A stretch of 64,000 nucleotides of DNA from an uncultured Alphaproteobacteria bacterium (GCA_902586695.1 CACIIL010000001.1:100738-164737); one strand, 5' to 3'. Counted from the first letter of the stretch, positions 48,694 through 59,318 are shown. A program made the numbers and translations. The notes: generated by a model not told the origin, from the letters alone.

Positions 48694-48742
48694 ATAATAA
48701 ATTTTGTTTTATATACTAACCTGTCTACTCTATATATAGATT

Positions 48743-49195
48743 ATGTTCATTCAATGTTCAGATTGTGATTATAAATACCTTGTAAACTCAGCAGATTTAA
48801 AACCTGACGGAAGAATGGTCGAGTGTGCAAATTGTAATCACCGTTGGTTTCAAGAACCTCTTCAAGGTGAAGATATATTATCTTCTTCAGTTCCTAAAAC
48901 TTCTAATTCAAAAGTTAAAAAAAATCTAGATACTCAAAATATAAATGAGGACAATTTATCATCTAATCAAATTAAAAATTTACCAAGTACTGTGGTTAGA
49001 GAAAAAAAAGTTAGTATATTAAATACTTTTTTGGTTGTTTTTTTATTAGTTTTTATATTTTTTTTATTTTGGACCTTGAGATCTTATGGAACAAATATTT
49101 TTGTTCTATTTTATTTTTATGTAAATGAATTTATTTTTAACTTAAAGTTAATTATTGATGATTTAACAAAAATATTTTATCAAATTTTAAATTAG
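48743..49195 (+). CDS. MJ0042-type zinc-ribbon membrane protein (ZitP-like)
   Basis: IQCSDC..Y......GRMVECANC.H.W; linker; C-terminal TM segment. Confidence 0.8.
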   Translation: MFIQCSDCDYKYLVNSADLKPDGRMVECANCNHRWFQEPLQGEDILSSSVPKTSNSKVKKNLDTQNINEDNLSSNQIKNLPSTVVREKKVSILNTFLVVFLLVFIFFLFWTLRSYGTNIFVLFYFYVNEFIFNLKLIIDDLTKIFYQILN

Positions 49196-50436
49196 TTAAG
49201 CCAGTCTGGGATCATATCTTGGTTAATTAATTCTTTTGTACTTAAAGGTTTATATATTACGAAAAAATTATCTTCTTTAACTAATATTTCAATTGGAGTT
49301 CCTCTTGAATTATAATTTGAAGCCATAACTTTTCCATATGCTCCTGTATCTTTAATGACAATTAAGTTATTAACTTTTTGTTTTGGCATACTTATATTTT
49401 TTCTAAAAATATCAGTACTCTCACATATAGGACCTGCTATAGTATAGTTAATTAATTGTTCATTACTAATTTCAACAGCTTCTATTTCGTGTTGTGCGTT
49501 ATAAAGTGCCGGTCTGATAAAGGAATGCATACCTGCATCTGTTATAAGAAAATTTATACCACCATTGTTTTTAATTGTTATTACAGATGTTACTAATATT
49601 CCTGCATTTGCGACAAGATATCTTCCTGGTTCAAATGATAAATTATAAGTAGTACCATTAAAGCATTTATCCATTTCTTTTTTTATAAGTTCTAAATTTA
49701 ATTTTTTTTCATTAGTTTTATAATTCACTCCAAGACCACCGCCTAAATCAAGATGTTTAATGTTGTATCCTTTGTCTATAAATATTTGAGCATTATCTTT
49801 CATTTTTTGAAAAATGTCAGAAAAAACATCTAAATTAAATATTTGACTACCAATATGACAACTAAGTCCTATTAAATTAATTTTTTTTGAAACTTTCAGA
49901 ATTTCAAATATATTATTTAACTTATCAGTATCAATGCCAAACTTATCAGTTTTTTTCCCTGTTGATATTTTATCAAGAGTTTGCGCATCTATGTTTGGGT
50001 TTAATCTTATGCCAACATTAACACTTTCATCTTTTTGTAAGGCTATCTCATTAATTCGCTGAAGTTCATCTACAGATTCAACATTAATAAGACGTATTTT
50101 TTGGTTTATAGCATATTCAATATCTTTTTTTGTTTTACCAACACCTTCAAAAATTATTTTTTGAGGGCTTACACCAGCTAGAATAGCTCTTTCTAGCTCT
50201 CCGATTGAAACAACATCTGCACCAGCACCTAATTTAGCCATTAATTTTATAATAGCTTGATTAGAATTAGCTTTAACAGCAAATAAAATTTCAGAATCCA
50301 AAGTTTTTTTTAACTCATTATAAGTATTTGATATCTTAGAGTGTGAATACACATAAAAAGGCGTAGGTTGAGTTTTAGCAATATCCTGTATAGATACACT
50401 CTCAACAAAGAGTCTATTATTTTTATAATTAATCAT
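49192..50436 (-). CDS. lysA: diaminopimelate decarboxylase
   Basis: TPFYVY, AVKAN, HIGSQ, DLGGG, EPGR, GPICE; ATG 50436. Confidence 0.96.
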   Translation of the reverse strand: MINYKNNRLFVESVSIQDIAKTQPTPFYVYSHSKISNTYNELKKTLDSEILFAVKANSNQAIIKLMAKLGAGADVVSIGELERAILAGVSPQKIIFEGVGKTKKDIEYAINQKIRLINVESVDELQRINEIALQKDESVNVGIRLNPNIDAQTLDKISTGKKTDKFGIDTDKLNNIFEILKVSKKINLIGLSCHIGSQIFNLDVFSDIFQKMKDNAQIFIDKGYNIKHLDLGGGLGVNYKTNEKKLNLELIKKEMDKCFNGTTYNLSFEPGRYLVANAGILVTSVITIKNNGGINFLITDAGMHSFIRPALYNAQHEIEAVEISNEQLINYTIAGPICESTDIFRKNISMPKQKVNNLIVIKDTGAYGKVMASNYNSRGTPIEILVKEDNFFVIYKPLSTKELINQDMIPDWLN

Positions 50437-50437
50437 A

Positions 50438-50626
50438 TTAATCTGTTTGAATAGTAACTGATTGTTGTCTTTGTTTTTCAGCTTCAAATTCTTCCATACA
50501 AGCTTCATCACAAGGATAACTAATTAAAGACTTATTTAATTTATCCTCTGGAAGACTTAATGGTCCAACTTTTCCACAACTTAAAAGAAAAAATGCAACT
50601 AGTGTTATATATAAATAATTTTTCAT
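50438..50626 (-). CDS. small lipoprotein (LptM/YifL/LppL family)
   Basis: lipobox LLSC followed by GKVGPLSLP; between argH and lysA. Confidence 0.8.
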   Translation of the reverse strand: MKNYLYITLVAFFLLSCGKVGPLSLPEDKLNKSLISYPCDEACMEEFEAEKQRQQSVTIQTD

Positions 50627-52008
50627 TAGAGATACTTTTTTATAGCATATTTAATTGTTTGTTTAACACTTTGTGGTGAAGTTCCACCAAAACTTTTTTT
50701 GTTTTTTAAGCTTTCATCAACAGAAAAAGTTTTTTTTGCATTTAAATTAATATTTTGATTAAACTTTTGTAATTCTTTTAATGTAAGTTGGTGAAGTTTT
50801 TTATTATTTTTATCAGCATATGCAACTATTTTTCCAGTTAACTGAAAAGCTTCTCGAAATGAAAATTTTAAATTTTGCACTAACCAATTTGCAAAATCTG
50901 TGGCTGTTGAATTAGAATTACTTACAGCTTCAGCCATTATTTTTGCATTAAAAGTAATTTTTGTCCACATTTCAGTCATTACTTCTAAGGCTAAACATAC
51001 ATCATCAAATGTAGAAAAAACTATTTTTTTATCATCTTGTAAATCCTTGCTATAGGCAAGTGGCAGACCTTTAAGTATTATTAATAGAGCATTAAGATTG
51101 CTAATAACGCTACTAGCTCTACCTCTTACTAGCTCAGCTCCATCAGGATTTTTTTTCTGAGGCATTATTGAACTACCAGTTGCTAATTCCTCTGGTAAAT
51201 TAATAAAGTTAAATTGTTGATTTGACCAAAGAATAATTTCCTCTGCCATTCTTGATAAATGTATACAAATTAATGAAAGAACAAATAAAAATTCTACAGC
51301 AAAATCTCTATCAGAAACACTATCAAGAGCGTTTATTGTTGGTTTAGAGAATTTCAATAATTTAGATGTAAAGTTTCTATCAATTGGGAATGATGTTCCA
51401 GCTAATGCAGCAGAACCTAAAGGGCATTCATTTAATCTTTTAATACAATCAGCTAATCTTGATCTATCTCTGCCAGTCATTTCAACATAGGCTAGACATT
51501 GATGTGCTAAAGATATTGGCTGTGCAACCTGAAGATGTGTATAGCCTGGCATTACTACGGCAGTATTTTTTTTAGCAATTGTGATAAGAATTTTTTGTAA
51601 ATTTTTAAGCAGCTTATCTAAATTAATACTGTTGTTTCTTATCCAAAGTTTAAAGTCAGTAACAACCTGGTCGTTTCTTGAACGTGCTGTATGTAATTTT
51701 CCGGCAGTTTTGCCTATTTTTTTAAAAAGCATTGATTCTATATTCATATGAATATCCTCTAATTCTTTTTTTAAACTGACTTTACCATCATTAATATTAT
51801 GCAAAATTAATTTAAGACCATTTACAATCTTTTTTTCTTCATTTTTATTAATAATTTTTTGTTTAGCCAACATTTTTGCATGAGCAATTGATGCTTCAAT
51901 GTCTTCATTGTACATTCTATAATCTACTTCAATTGAACTATTAATAGTCTCAAGCAATTTTGAAGGACTTTTTTTTAAATATGTGTTTCTAGATGGGTTT
52001 TTTTTCAT
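50626..52008 (-). CDS. argH: argininosuccinate lyase
   Basis: HTARSRNDQ, MPGYTHLQ, GSSIMPQKKNPD. Confidence 0.97.
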   Translation of the reverse strand: MKKNPSRNTYLKKSPSKLLETINSSIEVDYRMYNEDIEASIAHAKMLAKQKIINKNEEKKIVNGLKLILHNINDGKVSLKKELEDIHMNIESMLFKKIGKTAGKLHTARSRNDQVVTDFKLWIRNNSINLDKLLKNLQKILITIAKKNTAVVMPGYTHLQVAQPISLAHQCLAYVEMTGRDRSRLADCIKRLNECPLGSAALAGTSFPIDRNFTSKLLKFSKPTINALDSVSDRDFAVEFLFVLSLICIHLSRMAEEIILWSNQQFNFINLPEELATGSSIMPQKKNPDGAELVRGRASSVISNLNALLIILKGLPLAYSKDLQDDKKIVFSTFDDVCLALEVMTEMWTKITFNAKIMAEAVSNSNSTATDFANWLVQNLKFSFREAFQLTGKIVAYADKNNKKLHQLTLKELQKFNQNINLNAKKTFSVDESLKNKKSFGGTSPQSVKQTIKYAIKKYL

Positions 52009-52114
52009 CGCGTGCGCCTATAAAGATATTTACAATATTTTCCACCCAAATACGTTATTTATTTGTATTTCTTTTAGTGTGATTTGCTGAATTATCTATA
52101 TAAACTCTGGAAAA

Positions 52115-54418
52115 ATGAAAATTTTAAGAGTTGTTGTAATTGGATCAGGTACCATGGGAAGCGGTATTGCAGCACAAGTTGCAAACGCAGGTTTACATGT
52201 TGATTTACTTGATATTACAAAGGATATTTCAACTAAAGCGTGTGAAAGAATTAAAAATTCTAGACCTCCATTATTAATGGAAGAAAATAATCTCAATAAG
52301 ATTGTTCCTGGAAGCATTGAAGATGATATGGAAAAATTAAAAGATGCCGACTGGGTTGTTGAAGCAGTTGTTGAAAGAATAGATATTAAAAAAACAATTT
52401 ATTCGAAAATTGATTCTCTTCGTAAGCCAGGAGCATTAGTGTCATCGAATACATCTTCTATTCCTCTTAAAATACTAACACAAGATATGTCAGATGAAAT
52501 GAAAAAAGTTTTTTGTATTACTCATTTTTTTAATCCAGTTCGTTATATGCGTTTACTTGAATTAGTTATAGGTCCACAAAATGATAAAGAAAAGATTAAA
52601 GAGCTTGTTAATTTTGGAGATAAAATATTAGGTAAGACAGTTGTAGTATGTAAAGATTCACCAGGTTTTTTAGGTAATCGTGTTGGAGTTTATGCAATGC
52701 AAGTTGCGATGACAGAAGCTTTTAATCTAGGGCTTAGTGTTGAAGAGGCCGATGCAGTATTTGGAAGACCTCTTGGCATTCCTAAAACAGGAGTATTTGG
52801 TTTATATGATTTAATAGGTATTGACTTGATGGCTGATGTCTTAAAAAGTTTTATAAAAGAATTGCCATCAGGTGATCCGTTTCATGAAGTAGGTAGAGAA
52901 TTACCAATTATTAAAAAACTTATTAAGGATGGCTATACAGGCAGAAAAGGAAAAGGTGGTTTTTTTAGGATTAATAAATCATCTGGAAAAAAGATATTAG
53001 AGTCCTTGAATTATAAAGATTATACATACAAAGAGTCGAAGAAAATTGCTCTAGAACTTCCAGACTTAATGGATGTAAAAAAAGTTTTGGAAAGAAATGA
53101 TGTTTATTCACAATACGCTTGGTCTATAATTAAAAAAACAATTTTATATGCATCAAATTTAGTTCCTGATGTTACTGATAATTTTAATGATATTGATGAT
53201 GCTATGAAGTGTGGTTTCAATTGGTCTAAAGGACCTTTTGAAATATTAAATGAAATTGGAATTGAAACATTCATATATAAACTTAATAAAGATGACAAAA
53301 TACCTTCTTTTATAAAACAAATAATTAAGCAAAAAAAATCACTATTTAAAGCTAATCAAGGTTCGTTACAGTATTTTCATCCAAAAGATTTATATGTTTC
53401 GATGCAAAGATCTAAGGGTGTGATATCTTTATCAGATATTAAAAAAACAACCTTACCATTATATACTAATGAATCAGCTTCAATTTGGGAAATACAAGCT
53501 AAATCGAGATTCATTTGTGTTGAGTTTCATACAAAAGCTAATGCTCTTGATGGTCTAACAAATGATTGTTTATTGAAAGCATACGATTTATGTAATGATA
53601 AATATGATGGCATTGTTATTGCTAATGAAGGAATGCAGTTCTCTGCAGGTGTAAATTTAAATTATTTTTATGAAAAGGCAGTTAATAAAAAATTTAATGA
53701 TATAGATATTTTTCTAAATAATTTTCAACAATCATTATACCAATTACAGCATGCAAAATTTCCTGTTGTCTCTTGTCCTTCTGGATTAGCAATTGGAGGG
53801 GGTTATGAAGTTGTTTCACAGACTAGTTTTGTTGCTGCTCACTCCAACTCTGTCTTAGGCCTTGTAGAATCTCTTGTTGGGTTAATTCCTGCTGGTGGAG
53901 GTTGTAAAGAAATGCTTAGACGTTGGTCAGTACATCCTGACACAAATAATGATCCTGAATTATTATCATTAAAAGTTTTTAATTTAATTGGGTATGCCAC
54001 TACTTCTGACTCACCAATAAAAGCAAAGTCTCAAAAATTTTTAGGCAATAAAGATATAATGGTAATGAGCAGAGATCGTTTAATAGAAGAAGCAGATAAT
54101 ATTATTTTTACAAATAAAGACAATTACAATCAATTAAAAAGTGCTTCATTTTCATTACCTGGGCCAACTGTTATGACGGCTATGTTAGATATATTAAATG
54201 AGTTAAAAGAAAAAAAAGTTATAGGAAAGCATGGTATTGAGGTTGGCAAAAAACTTGGTTACATGTTAAGTGGAGGAGAAACAAACTCATCAACAAAGTT
54301 AACAGAGAAAAACTTATATGATCTTGAAAGGGAAATTTTTATTGATTTAATTAAGCAAAAACCTACTCAAGAACGTATTCGATACACTCTTGATACTGGA
54401 AAACCTTTATTTAATTAA
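52115..54418 (+). CDS. 3-hydroxyacyl-CoA dehydrogenase / enoyl-CoA hydratase (FadN-type)
   Basis: GSGTMG, EAVVE, SNTS, HFFNP; C-terminal crotonase FSAG, GGGYE, GLVE..VGLIPAGGG. Confidence 0.9.
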   Translation: MKILRVVVIGSGTMGSGIAAQVANAGLHVDLLDITKDISTKACERIKNSRPPLLMEENNLNKIVPGSIEDDMEKLKDADWVVEAVVERIDIKKTIYSKIDSLRKPGALVSSNTSSIPLKILTQDMSDEMKKVFCITHFFNPVRYMRLLELVIGPQNDKEKIKELVNFGDKILGKTVVVCKDSPGFLGNRVGVYAMQVAMTEAFNLGLSVEEADAVFGRPLGIPKTGVFGLYDLIGIDLMADVLKSFIKELPSGDPFHEVGRELPIIKKLIKDGYTGRKGKGGFFRINKSSGKKILESLNYKDYTYKESKKIALELPDLMDVKKVLERNDVYSQYAWSIIKKTILYASNLVPDVTDNFNDIDDAMKCGFNWSKGPFEILNEIGIETFIYKLNKDDKIPSFIKQIIKQKKSLFKANQGSLQYFHPKDLYVSMQRSKGVISLSDIKKTTLPLYTNESASIWEIQAKSRFICVEFHTKANALDGLTNDCLLKAYDLCNDKYDGIVIANEGMQFSAGVNLNYFYEKAVNKKFNDIDIFLNNFQQSLYQLQHAKFPVVSCPSGLAIGGGYEVVSQTSFVAAHSNSVLGLVESLVGLIPAGGGCKEMLRRWSVHPDTNNDPELLSLKVFNLIGYATTSDSPIKAKSQKFLGNKDIMVMSRDRLIEEADNIIFTNKDNYNQLKSASFSLPGPTVMTAMLDILNELKEKKVIGKHGIEVGKKLGYMLSGGETNSSTKLTEKNLYDLEREIFIDLIKQKPTQERIRYTLDTGKPLFN

Positions 54419-54473
54419 TTAAAGTTCTTCAGTAAGGATTTTATTTATTTTTTTTAATGTTATAAACACTGCG

Positions 54474-56105
54474 ATGAATCACTTTACAACTGATCTTGAT
54501 AAAAATAAGGCAAATTATGTACCTTTATCTCCATTAAGTTTTATTACTAGAGTTAAAGATATTTATCCAAATTATGATTCTGTAGTTTATGGCAATAGAA
54601 GTTATACATGGCTTCAAACATATAATCGATGTACTAAATTTGCTAGCGCCCTATCCAAGCAAGGCATTGGATTAGGAAGCACAGTATCAATTATAGCGGC
54701 CAATACGCCTGAATTACTAGAAGCACATTACTCAATTCCAATGACAGGAGGTGTAATTAATACAATTAATACGAGACTAGATGCAGAAACTATTGCTTAT
54801 ATTTTAGAACATAGTGATGCTAAACTATTAATTACCGATACTCAATTTTCTCCTACTATAAAAAAAGCGCTAGGTCTTTTTGGAAAAAAGATACCTATAA
54901 TTGATATTCATGATGAACAAGCAATTTTTAAAGATGATGAAGGTGAAAAAATAGGAGATTGGACTTATGAAGAGTTTTTAGAAAAAGGGGAGGATAATTT
55001 TCAATGGTCTCTTCCTGAAGATGAGTGGCAAGCAATCTCATTAAGTTATACGTCTGGTACAACTGGAAAACCAAAAGGTGTTGTTTATCATCATAGAGGT
55101 TCTTATCTGATGTCAACTGGGAGTGTTACAGCATGGAATATGCCTAACAAGCTTACTTTTCTTTATACAGTTCCGATGTTTCATTGTAATGGATGGGGAT
55201 ACCCATGGACTGCAGCATTAATTCATGCCAAAGTTATTTGTTGTCGCTATATTGTTGCTAAAGATATTTATAATCTTATTGATAAGTATAAAGTTACTCA
55301 TTTTGGAGGAGCTCCAATAGTTTTAAGCTTAATAGCTAATGCTGATGAAAATGATAAAAAAAATATTAACCACAAAGTATATGTTTTAACTGCAGGCGCA
55401 CCTCCAACTAGTGCCATACTTGAAAAAATGGACAATCTTGGCTTTGAAGTAATGCATGTTTATGGATTAACTGAAACATACGGACATATTCTTCAATGTG
55501 CATGGAATGATTCATGGAATAATCTACAAAATGCTGAAAAAGCAGACATAAAATCTAGACAAGGAGTTAGATATCCAAATACAGAAGAAGTAATTGTTGC
55601 TGATCCTGAAACATATGCTCCCGTTCCTATGGATGGAGAAACGATGGGTGAAATACTAATCCGAGGTAATGTTGTAATGAAAGGTTACTATAAAAATAAA
55701 GAAGCAACAAAATTGTCAATGAAAAATGGGTGGTTCCATTCTGGAGATTTAGCTGTTGTGTATCCTGACGGATATATTCAAATTAAAGATCGTTCAAAAG
55801 ATATCATAATATCTGGTGGAGAAAATATCTCTTCTGTGGAAGTAGAAAATGTAGTTGCAAAACATCCAGCTGTTTCTTTAGTAGCTGTTGTTGCAAAACC
55901 AGACGAAAAGTGGGGTGAAACACCATGTGCTTTTGTGGAATTAGCACCAGGTAAAGAGGCTACGGCAGATGAAATAATTTTGTTTTGTAAAGAAAATATG
56001 GCTGGATTTAAGAGGCCAAAATATGTTATCTTTGGAGATCTTCCAAAAACTTCAACTGGAAAAATACAAAAATTTGAACTAAGGAAAAAAGCAAAGGAGA
56101 TTTAA
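54474..56105 (+). CDS. acyl-CoA synthetase (DmdB/MMPA-CoA ligase-like)
   Basis: LDKNKANYVPLSPLS N-terminus, YTSGTTGKPKG, MFHCNGW, YGLTE, KTSTGK; substrate is inferred. Confidence 0.85.
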   Translation: MNHFTTDLDKNKANYVPLSPLSFITRVKDIYPNYDSVVYGNRSYTWLQTYNRCTKFASALSKQGIGLGSTVSIIAANTPELLEAHYSIPMTGGVINTINTRLDAETIAYILEHSDAKLLITDTQFSPTIKKALGLFGKKIPIIDIHDEQAIFKDDEGEKIGDWTYEEFLEKGEDNFQWSLPEDEWQAISLSYTSGTTGKPKGVVYHHRGSYLMSTGSVTAWNMPNKLTFLYTVPMFHCNGWGYPWTAALIHAKVICCRYIVAKDIYNLIDKYKVTHFGGAPIVLSLIANADENDKKNINHKVYVLTAGAPPTSAILEKMDNLGFEVMHVYGLTETYGHILQCAWNDSWNNLQNAEKADIKSRQGVRYPNTEEVIVADPETYAPVPMDGETMGEILIRGNVVMKGYYKNKEATKLSMKNGWFHSGDLAVVYPDGYIQIKDRSKDIIISGGENISSVEVENVVAKHPAVSLVAVVAKPDEKWGETPCAFVELAPGKEATADEIILFCKENMAGFKRPKYVIFGDLPKTSTGKIQKFELRKKAKEI

Positions 56106-56106
56106 T

Positions 56107-57417
56107 ATGGATCCAAAAACTTACAAATTTGATACTATAAGTTTGCATGGTGGTTATATGCCAAGCAAGAATGCAGGTTCAAGACAAGTACCTATTTATC
56201 AAACCACTTCTTATTTATTTGATGATGTTGATCATGCTGCAGCTTTATTTAATTTAGAGCAAGGGGGTCATATATATAGTAGAATTTCAAATCCTACAGT
56301 TCAAGTATTAGAAGAGCGTGTTGCAGCATTAGAAGGTGGTACTGCAGCATTAGCAACTGCATCAGGTATGAGTGCAATATTCTTAGCTATCATGACTTTA
56401 TGTAATACTGGAGATCATGTTGTGGTGTCATCCCAATTGTATGGTGGTACTGTAAATCTTTTCCGTCTAACTCTTCCAAAGTTTGGAATTAAAGCTACTT
56501 TTGTTAAACCTAGAGATACAGAAGGATTCAAAAAAGCTATTCAAGAAAACACTAAATGTATTTTTGGAGAATTAGTTGGTAATCCAGGAAATGAATTAAT
56601 GAATATGCCTGAAATAGTAAAGATAGCTCATAACGCAGGTATACCTGTAATTATTGATAGCACTTATCAAACTCCATATTTATTTAAACCATTGGAACAT
56701 GGAGCAGATATTGTAGTGCATTCTTTAACTAAGTGGATGGCTGGGCATGGATCATCTATGGCAGGAATTTTAGTAGAGGGAGGAAAATTTGATTGGTTAA
56801 AAACTGATAAATTTCCAACAATGACTGAGCCTTATGAAGGTTATCATGGTTTATCTTTTGCAGAAGAGTTTGGTCCTGTAGCTTTTACTATGAAAGCTAG
56901 AGCTGAAGGAATGAGAGATATGGGCCCATGCTTAAGTCCACAAAATGCATGGAATGTTTTACAAGGTATTGAAACTTTATCAGTTAGGATGGAAAAACAT
57001 TGTTCAAATGCTTTAAAAATGGTTGAATATTTAAGTAATCATGAGAGTGTTGCGTGGGTTTCTCATGCAAGTTTAAAAGATAATCCAGATTATGAATTAG
57101 CAAAAACACTTCTTCCTAAAGGTACTGGTTCAATGATTGCTTTTGGTATTAAAGGAGGTAAAGAAGCTGGAGCTGCATTTATTGATAATGTTAAACTAGC
57201 TTCACATTTAGCAAATGTTGGTGACACAAGAACACTTGTAATTCATCCTGCTTCAGCAACACATTCTCAAATGGATGAAGCAACATTAAAATTAGCGAAT
57301 ATGTCTCATGATATGATTAGGCTTTCAGTTGGCATTGAAGATATTGATGATATCATAAATGATTTTGAAGACGGCTTTAGAGCTGCTAAAAAACCTAGAT
57401 TAATAGCTAACAAATGA
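56107..57417 (+). CDS. metY: O-acetylhomoserine aminocarboxypropyltransferase (MetY-like)
   Basis: PIYQTTSY, YSRISNPT, HSLTKW PLP lysine, HLANVGD, HPASATH. Confidence 0.88.
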   Translation: MDPKTYKFDTISLHGGYMPSKNAGSRQVPIYQTTSYLFDDVDHAAALFNLEQGGHIYSRISNPTVQVLEERVAALEGGTAALATASGMSAIFLAIMTLCNTGDHVVVSSQLYGGTVNLFRLTLPKFGIKATFVKPRDTEGFKKAIQENTKCIFGELVGNPGNELMNMPEIVKIAHNAGIPVIIDSTYQTPYLFKPLEHGADIVVHSLTKWMAGHGSSMAGILVEGGKFDWLKTDKFPTMTEPYEGYHGLSFAEEFGPVAFTMKARAEGMRDMGPCLSPQNAWNVLQGIETLSVRMEKHCSNALKMVEYLSNHESVAWVSHASLKDNPDYELAKTLLPKGTGSMIAFGIKGGKEAGAAFIDNVKLASHLANVGDTRTLVIHPASATHSQMDEATLKLANMSHDMIRLSVGIEDIDDIINDFEDGFRAAKKPRLIANK

Positions 57418-58226
57418 AATTTAAAGTAAATAGTAAAGAGGTTTTTGCATCAACTGGTGGTAGACCATTTGATAAAAATAAACCTCTTATTATTTTTATA
57501 CATGGAAGTGGCCTAAGTCATATTACATGGGTTTTACAAACAAGATATTTTGCTTTTCATGGGTATAGTGTTTTAGCAATTGATCTTCCTGGTCATGGAT
57601 ATTCTGAAGGACCTGCATTAGAATCTATTGAAGAGCAAGGAAATTGGATAGCAGATGTCATTGATTCTGTAGGTATGCAAGAAGCTTCACTAGTTGGACA
57701 TTCTCAAGGATGCTTAGTTGTAATTGAATGTGCTTCTCAATTTCCAGATAAAATAAAATCTATTGGTTTGATGGGAGGAGCAGGAGCCATTCCTATGAAT
57801 CCAGAACTTTTAGATTTGGCAGAAAAAGGAGATCCTAAAGCTGTTGATCTTATGATGGATTGGGCCCACGGACCTTCAGGACATTTTGGTGGTCATCCTG
57901 TGCCTGGACTTCATCATATGAATTTAGGCGGATCAATAGTAGTCAATGGTTCAGTTAAAAATGCTCTTGGTGTAGATTTCAGAGCATGCGATAATTACAA
58001 AAATGGATTTGAAGCTGCAAAAAAAATTAAGTGTCCTACTTTAAATATTCTTGGAGATCGAGATAGAATGTGCCCTGTTAAAGAAGGAAAAAAATTAGCA
58101 GATAATATTGAGGGTTCACAAGTAGAAATAATTGAAAACTGTGGCCATATGATTTTACTTGAAGAGGCAGGCAAATCTTTGGAAATATTAAAAAAGTTTA
58201 TAAGAAAAAATCATCCCACAGAATAG
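57414..58226 (+). CDS. alpha/beta hydrolase coupled to metY-like gene
   Basis: FIHG, DLPGHG, GHSQG, GDRD, CGH; ATGA overlap. Confidence 0.88.
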   Translation: MKFKVNSKEVFASTGGRPFDKNKPLIIFIHGSGLSHITWVLQTRYFAFHGYSVLAIDLPGHGYSEGPALESIEEQGNWIADVIDSVGMQEASLVGHSQGCLVVIECASQFPDKIKSIGLMGGAGAIPMNPELLDLAEKGDPKAVDLMMDWAHGPSGHFGGHPVPGLHHMNLGGSIVVNGSVKNALGVDFRACDNYKNGFEAAKKIKCPTLNILGDRDRMCPVKEGKKLADNIEGSQVEIIENCGHMILLEEAGKSLEILKKFIRKNHPTE

Positions 58227-58241
58227 TGTAAAAAAGAATAT

Positions 58242-58424
58242 TTATTCAATTGTAGATTTATCAGGTCTAGTAAGTTCTTCTAATCTACGCATTTCTTCTT
58301 CTTGCTTAAGTCGTTCTTGCTCTTCTCGTTTTTTCTTTCTTTCTTCTGCTTTCATTTTAAGCTTTAGTTCTTTTTGCATTTTACGATCACCAGCTTTAGA
58401 TTTATGATTAAAATGAATACCCAT
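58242..58424 (-). CDS. hypothetical highly charged microprotein (60 aa)
   Basis: ATG with AAGGGG RBS; K/E/R-rich helix. Confidence 0.6.
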   Translation of the reverse strand: MGIHFNHKSKAGDRKMQKELKLKMKAEERKKKREEQERLKQEEEMRRLEELTRPDKSTIE

Positions 58425-58643
58425 AACAACCCCTTGTTGCCTTATACTAAAAAAATAAATTTATTTCTAGTGGGTAATTTGTCTTAATTCCAGAAATTCA
58501 TATAAAATTAGCGAAAACTAAAATTGTTACTGCTTTGAAAGAGCCTAAGAAGATTTTTACTTTATTATTGTTTTTTTACTAAGTCTGCGATTAATTCTAT
58601 TAATATAATTTGTAAAATATCCATATAGTGCATATAGTAAGTA

Positions 58644-59318
58644 ATGTCTGAAATTTTAAATGGACCTTCGATTTCTAAGCATAATAATCCTAAAAAATTA
58701 ATTTTTATGCTCCATGGATATGGAGATAATGCTGCTAATTTTATGCATCTTGCTAATCCAATTGATCAGGAAGAATGGCAAGCACAATATGTTGCTCTTA
58801 ATGCACCCAAATTTATTGAAGGGAATTTTATGGGTTATCAATGGTTTGATTTATATCCAAATGGCATATACATTTCTGAAGCTGGTCCAAAAGAGTTTAA
58901 ACAAATTAAAAAAGAAACAGATGAGGCTGTTATTAAAATTATTAACACAATACAATATTATTGTAATGAACTTAAGTTAACATTTGAAGATTGTATTTTA
59001 ATGGGCTTTTCTCAGGGCGGAATGATGACATTTGAAGTCGGTAATTTTCTTAAAAAAAAACTTGCTGGATTATTAATTATTTCTGGTCGTATTATGAATG
59101 ATCAAACAATTACAAATTCTATAATTAAAAAAACTCCAATTTTTATATCACATGGCGAAATGGATAATGTTATTCCTATAAGTGCTTTTTATAAATCTCA
59201 AGAATATTTAAAAAAAAATAATTGTAACTTTGAAGCACATATTTTAAATCAAGATGGGCACAATATTTCTCCAGATACAATAACTTTATTGCAAAAATTT
59301 ATAAAAAAAATTCTATGA
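58644..59318 (+). CDS. phospholipase/carboxylesterase (Abhydrolase_2)
   Basis: LHGYGD, QWF, GFSQGG, HGEMD, GHNIS. Confidence 0.88.
   Translation: MSEILNGPSISKHNNPKKLIFMLHGYGDNAANFMHLANPIDQEEWQAQYVALNAPKFIEGNFMGYQWFDLYPNGIYISEAGPKEFKQIKKETDEAVIKIINTIQYYCNELKLTFEDCILMGFSQGGMMTFEVGNFLKKKLAGLLIISGRIMNDQTITNSIIKKTPIFISHGEMDNVIPISAFYKSQEYLKKNNCNFEAHILNQDGHNISPDTITLLQKFIKKIL

Noticed and set aside
54419..56106. SAM-V riboswitch before the metY-like gene
   Set aside because: There is no spacer before metY and no SAM-II/V-like motif in the 55-bp spacer before the ligase.
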